From the NCBI GenBank assembly GCA_904386005.1, contig CAJFKR010000002.1, forward strand, positions 741-64,740: a DNA stretch of 64,000 nucleotides. The letters run 5' to 3'. This document shows, piece by piece, positions 44,709-56,310 of the stretch. Below the pieces are notes generated by a model. The model ran no database searches and was not told the origin of the DNA. It saw only the letters and a program-made list of their open reading frames with translations. Source of the stretch: Candidatus Flemingiibacterium merdigallinarum (GTDB taxonomy: Bacteria > Bacillota > Clostridia > Oscillospirales > CAG-272). The position numbers and the translations under genes are program-made. How positions within the stretch are numbered: the stretch's first letter is position 1; every line of letters starts with the position of its first letter.

Positions 44709-45731
44709 ATGGCAGAAAGACAGAATATGAGAGCGTGGCTTGATTCACAGCTGCGCTCTAAGGTTAAACGAGCGATGCCGGTGCTGTCCTTTCCGGCAGT
44801 GCAGCTCATGGGCATAAGCGTCCGCGAGCTGATTTCGGACAGCGACGCGCAGGCGCGCGGTATGAAGCTGGTCGCCGACCGAATCGATTCGGCGGCTTCG
44901 GTCAGTCTGATGGATCTGTCGGTCGAAGCCGAGTGCTTCGGCTCGACGATACGCGTGTCGGACGACGAGGTGCCGACCGTAGTCGGCGCGGTCGTACATG
45001 ACGAGGACGAGGCAAGGGCGCTTGAGGTTCCGAAGGTCGGCGCGGCTCGTTCGGGGCTGTATGTCGACGCGATGAGAAAGGCGGTCGGGCTGATTTCGGA
45101 TCGTCCGGTGTTCGCCGGCGTCATAGGTCCGTTCTCGCTCGCGGCGAGACTGCTCGACGTCACCGAGATCATGGTGGACTGCTACGACGAGCCGGACATG
45201 GTACACATAGTCCTCGACAAGGCGGCACAATTCCTCACCGAATACTGTCTTGCCTATAAAGCGACCGGAGCGAACGGCGTCGTCGTCGCCGAGCCGGTGG
45301 CGGGGCTTCTGTCGCCGTCGCTCGCCGAGGAATTCGCCGCGCCCTACATCAATCGGATAATCGACGCGGTGCAGGACGACGAATTCATCGTCATATACCA
45401 CAACTGCGGCAACGCGGTGCCGAATCTGCTCGACACGATATATTCAATCGGCGCGTCGGCCTATCATTTCGGCAACGCGGTCGACATGGCCGACATCCTG
45501 TCGCGCACGCCCGACGACATCATCGTCATGGGCAACATCGACCCCGCAGGAGAGTTCCGTCAGGGCACTCCCGAATCCATGCGCAAGGCAGTGCTCGAGC
45601 TGCTCGAAAAATGCGCTCCGGCGCATCCGAACTTCATCATATCGTCCGGATGCGACATTCCTCCGCTCTCGAAGTGGGAGAACATCGACGCGTTCTTCGC
45701 GGCGGTGCGGGAATACTATGGTAGTTGTTAG
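44709..45731 (+). CDS. uroporphyrinogen-decarboxylase-family methyltransferase (MtaA/CmuA-like)
   Basis: It is URO-D-fold collinear (PVLSFPAVQLMG..., IYHNCGN..., ISSGCDIPP). Its position next to the corrinoid protein fits this role. Confidence 0.8.
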   Translation: MAERQNMRAWLDSQLRSKVKRAMPVLSFPAVQLMGISVRELISDSDAQARGMKLVADRIDSAASVSLMDLSVEAECFGSTIRVSDDEVPTVVGAVVHDEDEARALEVPKVGAARSGLYVDAMRKAVGLISDRPVFAGVIGPFSLAARLLDVTEIMVDCYDEPDMVHIVLDKAAQFLTEYCLAYKATGANGVVVAEPVAGLLSPSLAEEFAAPYINRIIDAVQDDEFIVIYHNCGNAVPNLLDTIYSIGASAYHFGNAVDMADILSRTPDDIIVMGNIDPAGEFRQGTPESMRKAVLELLEKCAPAHPNFIISSGCDIPPLSKWENIDAFFAAVREYYGSC

Positions 45732-45920
45732 TTGTTAGGGATTAGTTGTTAGTTGGTAGGTATTAGTCGGCTTGTGCCGGGAGCGGCGGGATACGATTTG
45801 ACGCATCTATATTCCTGATAAATTCACGCTGAACGAATACCGTACACATTGATTCTACCGGCGGACGCCTGACCGGCACGGCTGTGTGACCGAGAGAGCG
45901 TCCGCTGATTTACAATTATA

Positions 45921-46361
45921 ATGAATATAAGGCTTATGACCGCAGACGATTACGACGCGGTCTATTCGCTTTGGCTGTCCTGCGCCGGAATGGGGCTGAA
46001 CAGCGTCGACGACTCACGCGAGGGAATTGCGAGGTTCCTTGGTCGCAACCCCGAGACCTGCTTCGTCGCGCTCGAAAATGACGAGCTTATCGGCACTATC
46101 CTCGCCGGAAACGACGGGCGCCGAGGCTATATTTACCACACCACGGTGCGAGCCGACAAGCGCGGGCAGGGTATCGGTCGTGCTTTGGTCGAGAGCGCGA
46201 TGTGTGCGCTCGAACGGCTCGGAATAACAAAAGCCGCGCTGGTGGTGTTCGGGCACAATCAGGACGGCAACGCCTTTTGGGAGTGTCTCGGCTTTACCGA
46301 ACGGCAGGATATTATATATCGAAACAAGGAAATCACAAAAACACAACGGATTGACACCTGA
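45921..46361 (+). CDS. GNAT family N-acetyltransferase
   Basis: The acetyl-CoA binding segment is RGQGIGRALVE within a 146-aa GNAT layout. Confidence 0.8.
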   Translation: MNIRLMTADDYDAVYSLWLSCAGMGLNSVDDSREGIARFLGRNPETCFVALENDELIGTILAGNDGRRGYIYHTTVRADKRGQGIGRALVESAMCALERLGITKAALVVFGHNQDGNAFWECLGFTERQDIIYRNKEITKTQRIDT

Positions 46362-46456
46362 TATCGAAGCAAGGAGTCAAAGAAAAAAGCTCGACTCTTT
46401 AAATCGAAGCAAGGATATCTAAATACAAAGGGTTTTAACCCTGATGAGCAATTGTT

Positions 46457-47032
46457 ATGAAAGATTATACACAAATAGCCGACAAAATCAAGAGCTGTGC
46501 CGACGACGGCTACACCTGTAATTCCGCTGTGGTCGAGGCCTGCAATATCGTGTTCGACCCGGCGTTTCGGCGCGCCTGCGAAGCCAACACCTGCGGCAAC
46601 TACGGCCGCTCGTGGACCTGTCCGCCCGACGTCGGCGACATTGGCGAGCTGATAAGGCAGGCAAGCTCATACAAATACGCCGTAGTTTACCAGACAATAC
46701 ATCCGCTCGAGGACAGCTACGACTTCGAGGGAATGGTCGAAGCCGGAGAGCTGCACTCGAAGCTGTCGCAAAGGCTTTCGAGCTATTTTGACACGCTCGA
46801 CTTTCCGAAAAAGCTGCACCTCGCCGCCGGCGGATGCAGGGTATGTCCGGTCTGCGCGAAGCGGACGATGGAGACCTGCCGTCACCCCGACCGAGCTCTC
46901 GCGTCGCTCGAAGCGTACGGGGTGAACGTGTCCGCGCTCGCCCGCGCCTGCGGGATGAAGTATACAAACGGTCAGAACACCGTCACCTATTTCGGCGCGC
47001 TGTTCTTTACGCCCGCCGAATGCGAGGACTAA
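46457..47032 (+). CDS. DUF2284-type Cys-rich metal-binding protein
   Basis: The Cys pattern is CEANTCGNYGRSWTCPP ... CRVCPVC. Members of this family often accompany corrinoid methyltransferases. Confidence 0.7.
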   Translation: MKDYTQIADKIKSCADDGYTCNSAVVEACNIVFDPAFRRACEANTCGNYGRSWTCPPDVGDIGELIRQASSYKYAVVYQTIHPLEDSYDFEGMVEAGELHSKLSQRLSSYFDTLDFPKKLHLAAGGCRVCPVCAKRTMETCRHPDRALASLEAYGVNVSALARACGMKYTNGQNTVTYFGALFFTPAECED

Positions 47033-47075
47033 AGGGATAATATTCGTAAAACAACACGAAAGGAGTCAGAATCCG

Positions 47076-48587
47076 ATGGCTGAAATTAAGATAAACGGCA
47101 CGGCGTATACTGTGCCAAGCGGAATCAGGCTCAGCGAGGCGTTGAAAATCGAACATTCGATATCAGTACCCCAGCCCTGCGCAGGGCTGGGGCGCTGTGC
47201 GAAATGCCGCGTTTATGCCTCGGGACAGCTGAGCCCGCTCTCCGCGCCCGAAAAGCAGCATTTAAGCGAGAAAGATATTAAAGACGGAATCCGTCTCGCC
47301 TGTCTGACGTACATAACCGGAGACTGTGAGGTCAGGGTTGACAAAGCCGCCGAAATGACAATCGCGCTCGGAGCGGCAGAATCGGGCGCGGCGGTAGACC
47401 CGGCGTTCGAAAAATACGGCGTCGCGGTCGATATCGGCACGACTACGCTTGCCGTCGCGCTGTATGACAGAACCGGTACGCGGCTCGCGGCTTTGGGTCG
47501 TCCGAATCCGCAGGCGAGATGGGGCGCGGACGTAATTTCCCGAATCGCGGCGTCGATGGCGGGCGAGCGCGAGGAGCTCGCCGCCGCGGTCAGGGGCGCG
47601 ATCGACGGTCTGCTCGGCGAGCTGGCCGCGAAAGCCGGAATTGACAAGTCCGACATCGACGGCATGGTCATAACCGGCAACACCGCGATGCTGTATCTAT
47701 TGACCGCGACTCCGCCGGACGCGCTGTCGCGCGCGCCGTTCATAGCCGACCGGCTGTTCGGCGAGCTTGTCCCGGCGCGCGAGCTTGGGCTTGACTGCGG
47801 CGCGGAGGTGTACCTCGTGCGCTGTATGTCGGCGTTCGTCGGCGCGGACATCACGTCGGCGCTGCTCGCGAGTGGAATCTGCCGTCAGGACGGCACGCGT
47901 ATGCTCATCGACATCGGCACGAACGGCGAGATGGCGATCTGGCATAACGGCAGGCTATACTGCTGCTCGACCGCGGCCGGACCTGCGTTTGAGGGCGCGG
48001 GACTGTCCATGGGTATGCCGGGCGAGGTCGGGGCTATCGACCACGTTTCGCTCGACGGCGACAGGCTCGCGGCGCACGTGATCGGCGACGTCACGCCGCG
48101 CGGAATCTGCGGCAGCGGCATAGTCGACGCGCTCGCCTGCCTTATGCAGACCGAGCAGCTCGACGAGAGCGGTCTTATCGACGACGACCCGACCGAGATA
48201 GCGTCTCCGGTAGCTGTGACGCAAAAGGACATCCGCATGGTGCAGCTCGCGAAAAGCGCGATCCACGCCGGGCTTTGTACCCTTGTCGACAACGTAAGTC
48301 TCGGCTGGGACGACATCGCCGGACTGTCAATAGCCGGCGGCTTCGGCAGCTATCTCAATCTCGAGAGCGCGGCGAAGATCGGACTGCTCGTTCCCGAGCT
48401 GCTCGACCGGACGATTGTTATCGGCAACGCCGCGCTGGGCGGAGCGTCGATGCTGCTGTTGGACAAGGGTCTGCGCGCCGAGAGCGAGAAGCTGGCGAGG
48501 AGCAGCGAGACGGTCGACCTGTCGTCGAATCCGGTGTTCACACGGTACTACACCGAGGGTATGCTGTTTTGTGACGAGATCGAATGA
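47076..48587 (+). CDS. corrinoid reductive activase (2Fe-2S ferredoxin domain plus ASKHA ATPase domain)
   Basis: The N-terminal plant-type ferredoxin Cys motif is PCAGLGRCAKC...ACL. The ASKHA phosphate-1 motif is VAVDIGTTTLAVAL, with a second motif, IDIGTNGEM. Confidence 0.85.
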   Translation: MAEIKINGTAYTVPSGIRLSEALKIEHSISVPQPCAGLGRCAKCRVYASGQLSPLSAPEKQHLSEKDIKDGIRLACLTYITGDCEVRVDKAAEMTIALGAAESGAAVDPAFEKYGVAVDIGTTTLAVALYDRTGTRLAALGRPNPQARWGADVISRIAASMAGEREELAAAVRGAIDGLLGELAAKAGIDKSDIDGMVITGNTAMLYLLTATPPDALSRAPFIADRLFGELVPARELGLDCGAEVYLVRCMSAFVGADITSALLASGICRQDGTRMLIDIGTNGEMAIWHNGRLYCCSTAAGPAFEGAGLSMGMPGEVGAIDHVSLDGDRLAAHVIGDVTPRGICGSGIVDALACLMQTEQLDESGLIDDDPTEIASPVAVTQKDIRMVQLAKSAIHAGLCTLVDNVSLGWDDIAGLSIAGGFGSYLNLESAAKIGLLVPELLDRTIVIGNAALGGASMLLLDKGLRAESEKLARSSETVDLSSNPVFTRYYTEGMLFCDEIE

Positions 48588-48731
48588 AGCTCGCCATGCA
48601 CTTCCGCGGCGGTCGGTATGAGTTGATCTGGCATAATCTTGGACTGGCAGCCGGCGACAGGTGCCGACCGCCAATCGGGGCTTGACTCTGCCGATCGGGT
48701 TTTGAATTTGGTAAAGGGGAAGACGTCAATC

Positions 48732-49156
48732 ATGATGACTCAACGAGAAAATGTGTTGCGGCTGCTGCGCCGCGAGGAGCACGAATTCGCGCCGGTCGAT
48801 TTCAGTCTCTGCCCGAAGCTCAACGAGACCTACCGCCCTGCGGCTATGTCGAGCCGTTCATCGACGACCTCATCGAAGCCGGAGTCGACACCCTGAACCC
48901 GATTCAGTCCGAGTGCATGGACTTCGCTGAAATCTACAAGAAGTACCACGACAAGCTGACCTTCCACGGCACGATAGGCACGCAGACGGTCATGCCGTTC
49001 GGCACACCCGACGAGGTGCGCGAGACGGTATGGCGCAATCTCGACATAGCAAAGGACGGCGGTCTCATCGCCGCGCCGACTCATATGCTCGAGCCGGAGG
49101 TGCCGTGGGCAAATGTGCGCGCGTACGTTGACGCGTGCAGGGCGTACAAGCGCTGA
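48732..49156 (+). pseudogene. internally deleted, frameshifted remnant of a second URO-D-family methyltransferase
   Basis: About 35 N-terminal codons are present (MMTQRENVLRLLRREEHEFAPVDFSLCPKLNETY). They are joined out of frame to a C-terminal ~100 codons (GYVEPFIDDLIEAGVDTLNPIQSECMDF...PTHMLEPEVPWANVRAYVDACRAY). The central ~200 codons of the fold are missing. Confidence 0.75.
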
Positions 49157-49385
49157 GCGTCGGTGTGAGGACAAGGCAGCCGGACAGCGTCGCTGCGGTG
49201 CGATATGCAAAACATTCGCGGCGGTGCAGACAGCTCAGCCGGACAATGTGTTAGCAGTGCAATCCGCAAGTTGGTCGCGCCGGTTTGTACAAGCAGCCGG
49301 ACAGTGTGACGCAGTGCAATTATCAAATCGTATGCGGCGGTGCGTGGAGCGCGGACAGTGTTGGTATGCGTATCATATGCAAAAA

Positions 49386-49420
49386 CAGAGATGACGGCGG
49401 CGTCATCTCTGTTTGTTTTT
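49386..49420. terminator. bidirectional intrinsic terminator
   Basis: The stem cagagatgac / gtcatctctg is flanked by AAAAA on one side and TTTGTTTTT on the other. Confidence 0.85.
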
Positions 49421-49429
49421 AATTACGGT

Positions 49430-50236
49430 TCAGCGCTTTTTCTTTGCCGCTATAATTCCCGCAGCACAAAGAACCGCGGAGAGCGCGGCGAGCGTCGCGG
49501 CGTCGAAGGTCTGCGGAGCGGCGGCAGTCTCGTCGGCTGCGGCTTCAGCTTCAGCTTCAGCCGGAGCTGACGGCAGCGGCTCGCCGAGCACGAAGTAGTA
49601 GTATTCGGGCGTGTTCCACGCGTCTTCGACGAGATAGCTCGTCGCCGAGACGCCGTTTACTTGTATGTTGTAGCCGACCTCGCCGCCCTCGTCGGCGTCG
49701 AGCGGAATCCGCATCTCGGCGGTGTAGCCGTCGTCGGTGCTTTGCGCGGCGTAGAGGAAGTCGTCGCCGATCACGTCAGGGGTGTAGTAGTTCACGTTCG
49801 CGTTGCGGTCCTTCCATGTGCCGTAGCCGGTGAAGTCGACGCGGTACTGCATACCATAGTTCTCGCCGTCGTTGTCGTCGTCAATCAGAATCTCGATGCT
49901 GTCGGCGGTCCACGGCGATGTGGCTTTCTCGGACTCCGAAATGTCGTTTTCCTCCGGGTCGACTACCTCGGCGTAGACATACAGCCAGCCGTCGCTCCAC
50001 AGCACCCATGTGTCGGCACTGATGCCGCTATTGTTGATTTCGGTCTTGATGTTCAGAGCCTGGTCGTACAGCTCGTCCTTGCTGCCGTCGACCGTTATCG
50101 CCGACGCGTCGACCTTCGGCACATCTCCGAGATTCTTCGTCCCGGGCGCGGCCGACAACGACGTGCAGAGAGAAGCGGCAATCAATGCCGCTGTGGATAG
50201 TGAGAGTGTGCGGTTAAGTATTGACATAGATTTCAT
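49430..50236 (-). CDS. secreted CBM9/DOMON-like carbohydrate-binding protein with a C-terminal membrane anchor
   Basis: It has a signal peptide, the segments ITVDGSKDELYDQA and WSDGWLYVYAEV, an (AE)n linker, and a hydrophobic tail ending in KKKR. Confidence 0.6.
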   Translation of the reverse strand: MKSMSILNRTLSLSTAALIAASLCTSLSAAPGTKNLGDVPKVDASAITVDGSKDELYDQALNIKTEINNSGISADTWVLWSDGWLYVYAEVVDPEENDISESEKATSPWTADSIEILIDDDNDGENYGMQYRVDFTGYGTWKDRNANVNYYTPDVIGDDFLYAAQSTDDGYTAEMRIPLDADEGGEVGYNIQVNGVSATSYLVEDAWNTPEYYYFVLGEPLPSAPAEAEAEAAADETAAAPQTFDAATLAALSAVLCAAGIIAAKKKR

Positions 50237-50429
50237 ATTGCTCGCCTTTCATTATTAATATAAAATGTCGGATGTTTGCCAAAATACGTGCGCACGTTGT
50301 CAGGCTGCTTGGCAGGTGTGATGTATACCTCGCCAAACTCATTCCTGAATCTGTATAAATTGTACCATGATTTTAACAATATAGCAATACAAAAACACGC
50401 AAATAATTTTAACTTTTCAGCAAGCGGAT

Positions 50430-51470
50430 TTACAATATTCCCGAGACATCCTCCCTCGACCTGCCCTGCATATGCTCGCGGAATTCGGTCGGAGTCTGTC
50501 CGGATATCTTCTTGAATACGACGCTGAAATAGGCCGCCGACATGAATCCGCACTGCGTTCCAATCTGCTCTATGCCCAGTGAAGTGTTCATTATCATATA
50601 TTTCGCGCGGTTTACCCGCTGTATAGACACGAATTCGGGAATTGTCCGTCCCATTACCGCGCTGAACAGATGGTTCAGCGTTGACTTCGAGCACATACAA
50701 TAGACCGCCATATCCGCGACCGAGATCTTTTGCGACAGGTTTTTCGTGATGTAGTCTATCGCCAGATTGACTATGCGGTGGCGGTTGGTGCGTTCGGTCG
50801 CGGTGTCGAACGCCGCTATCAGCGGATATTCAATGTAGTATTCGGCGAGCATCGACAGATATTCGGCGAGCATCGATACCCGCAGCTCGAATTGCTGCCG
50901 CGTCTCGGGCAGCATATCGGTCGACTCGTCGTAACGGGCGCGCAGATTCCGGCTGTCGAAGCCCCAGCGCGACTCGAGCCGCGAAAAGCTGTGCGAAAGC
51001 CGCTTTTCGTCGCTGCGGAAAGCTCCGGCGAGCAGCGCGCCGATGACGACTCCGTTGTGGCATATCGGGTAGACGTATTCGCCGATTCCGCACCAGCAGA
51101 CTCCGTAGTAGCCGTAGCGCAGACTGCGGTGGCGCGGCGGCATAGTGCGGCGCAGCTTCGCGAGCCGCCGTCTTAAGTGCTGCATCATCAGCTCATTGCT
51201 CGTGATTATGCACTTTTCGTTTGTGTCGTGATTGCTTTTGACATAGTTGCAGAAGGAATTTTCGTGGTAGAGATAGCTTCCGGCGAATTCTCCCAGAACC
51301 GGATGAGCCAATATGTAGCCGCAGAAATCCTTGATGTGCAGCGGCATACCGAATTCCGAGCGGAATCTGCTGAAATCCTCGCTCAGCAGCTCGAGCCGCA
51401 TCCGCATCTCCTCGTCGCGCGAAATGTCAGCTGATTTTTTGTCTGCCGGCGTTGCTTCGACCTTGGGCAT
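50430..51470 (-). CDS. AraC family transcriptional regulator
   Basis: The C-terminal double HTH is STLNHLFSAVMGRTIPEF...IEQIGTQCGFMSAAYFSVVFKK. Confidence 0.85.
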   Translation of the reverse strand: MPKVEATPADKKSADISRDEEMRMRLELLSEDFSRFRSEFGMPLHIKDFCGYILAHPVLGEFAGSYLYHENSFCNYVKSNHDTNEKCIITSNELMMQHLRRRLAKLRRTMPPRHRSLRYGYYGVCWCGIGEYVYPICHNGVVIGALLAGAFRSDEKRLSHSFSRLESRWGFDSRNLRARYDESTDMLPETRQQFELRVSMLAEYLSMLAEYYIEYPLIAAFDTATERTNRHRIVNLAIDYITKNLSQKISVADMAVYCMCSKSTLNHLFSAVMGRTIPEFVSIQRVNRAKYMIMNTSLGIEQIGTQCGFMSAAYFSVVFKKISGQTPTEFREHMQGRSREDVSGIL

Positions 51471-51510
51471 ATACGAACTCCTTTCGTTTGTCGTCGTTAT
51501 ATCGCTTTAT

Positions 51511-52599
51511 TCAGTCCGAATACACATGAACCGCGAATGTCGTGCCGTCGCTGCCGTATTTCTCGCAGCCCTTCGGTTGCATCCACTCGGCGGCGGTGAT
51601 GAGCGCGTGGTTTTCATCTACCATTGTCACGCCGAAGTTGCCGAGCCGCGCTCCGCGCTCGGGCACGACTATGATCTCGCTTTCGCGGACAAGGCGCATC
51701 GTGTCGGGGTCGACACGCGACATGAACAGCGGCGCGCGGTGGCGGAACACGTGGTCGTTATTTCCGGCGCGGCGGGTGTAGACGAGGTAGAGACCGCCGC
51801 CGAGCTCGAGCCAGTGCTGCTGTGTGTTGTAATTTTCGAGCACCTCGCCGTCGTCCCAGCGCCAGAGCCGCGGCTCGCCGAAGGATTCGGGCGTGTCGCC
51901 GACCGAAAAGTGCCCGTACGCGTCGTTCCGGAGCGTCAGCAGCCAGTGGTCGCCGAATTTGCAGAGCGAGCCCTCATACAGCCCGCGCGGAACGTTGATA
52001 TACAGCTCGTTGCTCATGCCCTTATAGCGCAGGGTCTCGCCGTCGAACTCACAGCGCATGACTCCGGTCGCGTAGCTGCCGCCGCGCGGGATCGCGACGG
52101 GTATCAGCAGGTCTCCGTTCGTGTCCTCGACGAACTGCGAGCAGCCGGTCGCGCAGCCGAATTCGTAGCTGTCGGGCACTTCGACTATCCTTGCCGGCGT
52201 GAAACGGCGGTTTGCGCGGTCAAGGGTCGAATAGAAGGTCTGCCGGACGCCGCCCGATATCGGCACTTTCTGACCGGGCGCGTACGCGACGGTGTGTCCG
52301 CAGAGTATTACTGTGCCGGTCGCGCGGTGCAGAAGGGGCGTAGCGTCACAGCCGAGCCGGCGCGTGCCGTCGGCGTCGGTTCTGACCGTGAACGCATCGT
52401 CAGGTCGCGGCTCGCTCCAGCTCCTGCCGCCGTCCGAGCTGTACGAAGCGTAGAGCGGCGAGAACAGATCGCTGCCGCTGACGTCGAGCTTTTGCAGTGT
52501 CATCACGTATTCGCCGCCGCCGATGTGACAGGCACGGGCGTGGACAAAGCACTCTCGCCCGTCGAAGTGCCCGGGTACGCGATAGGTTTCAATGCGCAT
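51511..52599 (-). CDS. BNR/Asp-box (sialidase-fold) protein
   Basis: The Asp-box is SSDGGRSW. The composition is beta-propeller-like. No signal peptide is present. Confidence 0.6.
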   Translation of the reverse strand: MRIETYRVPGHFDGRECFVHARACHIGGGEYVMTLQKLDVSGSDLFSPLYASYSSDGGRSWSEPRPDDAFTVRTDADGTRRLGCDATPLLHRATGTVILCGHTVAYAPGQKVPISGGVRQTFYSTLDRANRRFTPARIVEVPDSYEFGCATGCSQFVEDTNGDLLIPVAIPRGGSYATGVMRCEFDGETLRYKGMSNELYINVPRGLYEGSLCKFGDHWLLTLRNDAYGHFSVGDTPESFGEPRLWRWDDGEVLENYNTQQHWLELGGGLYLVYTRRAGNNDHVFRHRAPLFMSRVDPDTMRLVRESEIIVVPERGARLGNFGVTMVDENHALITAAEWMQPKGCEKYGSDGTTFAVHVYSD

Positions 52600-52734
52600 G
52601 GTATTTACCTCTTGGTCGATTGAAGATAATGTAAGTGTCTACAGTATAGCAGAAAAATATGAATACAATATTAACGCATAAGAAATCCGTCCTCACGACA
52701 TAGCGTTAAGGACGGTATTTCTGTATTTGGTCGA

Positions 52735-55350
<2,616 letters not shown>

Positions 55351-55402
55351 TGATAATACTCCTTTATATGGGTGTGCGAAAGTGCGAACTTGTTCGTTTT
55401 CT

Positions 55403-55585
55403 CTGGGGGAGGAGCCTTTTGAAAAAGGCTCCTCCCCCAGACCCCCTCCGCGAAAACTTTTGCAGATTTGGGTCATGGTGTAATTGTTTATAACTGCGCA
55501 AATATTTTATTACTGCTTGTTGTTTGAAACCACAGGGGCGCGCCGCCTAATGGGACCCTGCTTCCCAACCGGCGGCTTGGTTTGT
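55403..55585 (-). repeat. copy b of the X+Y intergenic element (inverted relative to copy c)
   Basis: Hairpin Y, CTGGGGGA-GGAGCC-TTTTGAAAAA-GGCTCC-TCCCCCAG, is at 55403-55440, with the conserved flank extending to 55470. Module X, tgggaccctgcttcccaa, is at 55551-55569. Confidence 0.8.
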
Positions 55586-55743
55586 ACATGGTTGTTTGAA
55601 ACTTATGTTGTTTGCTTGATTATATTGTTATGATTTCCATCGAACTCACGTTAATTACTTTTTTTCCGACTTATGCAATCGGCTTATGGGTGTGCGAATT
55701 GAATCAGGTTTACGGTTCTGTTATTATTTTGCCCAGTCGCGTA

Positions 55744-56049
55744 TTATTTCATCAGCTTTTGCAGAGTTTCTACCAGCTCGTCGATCACCGCGTCGTCGCC
55801 GTTTTTGATGTCGCGGACGACACAGGTTCGGATATGGCTGGCTATCAAATCCTTGTTGAACGAGTTGACCGCCGCGCTGACTGCCGCAGATTGAATAAGT
55901 ATGTCGTTGCAGTAGGCGTCGCGCTCGAGCATACCGATGATTCCGCGCACCTGTCCCTCGACGCGTTTTAAGCGGTTTATCAGCTTTTTTCGCTCCTCGT
56001 CTGAGCGCTTTGTGGTTTTGCAATGGCAGCAAGGTTTGTTTTCTTGCAT
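55744..56049 (-). CDS. csoR: CsoR-family copper-sensing repressor
   Basis: It has the DUF156 layout: LINRLKRVEGQVRGIIGMLERDAYCNDILIQSAAV...H..C. Confidence 0.9.
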   Translation of the reverse strand: MQENKPCCHCKTTKRSDEERKKLINRLKRVEGQVRGIIGMLERDAYCNDILIQSAAVSAAVNSFNKDLIASHIRTCVVRDIKNGDDAVIDELVETLQKLMK

Positions 56050-56114
56050 GGCGGATATCTCCTATGGTTATTATGATTTAGGGATTGGCGTTTGATTGAA
56101 GCCCAGTGGCTGAT

Positions 56115-56156
56115 TACCCCCACCGGGTATTTATATTATATACCCCCGATGGGTAT
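56115..56156 (-). promoter_or_regulatory. two CsoR-type operators flanking a -10 box
   Basis: The operators are TACCCCCACCGGGTA (56115-56129) and ATACCCCCGATGGGTAT (56140-56156). A TATAAT box on the minus strand lies between them. Confidence 0.8.
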
Positions 56157-56310
56157 TTGTCAAGAGATATGAGGCGATGTTTACATTTTGTTTATATTTG
56201 CCGCGTGGGCTGTTACCGACATTGATACTATCGTAGTCCTATCGGTTATCAGAAATAATATAACGACGCAGTGACAATGAATAAAGAATACAAACAATTA
56301 CGCAAAAACA

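Noticed and set aside
55351-55476. The N-terminal 42-codon extension of the copA ORF (track start 55476).
   Set aside because: The extension is a translation of the palindromic repeat element. The HMA domain starts at ATG 55350, which is preceded by AAGGAG.
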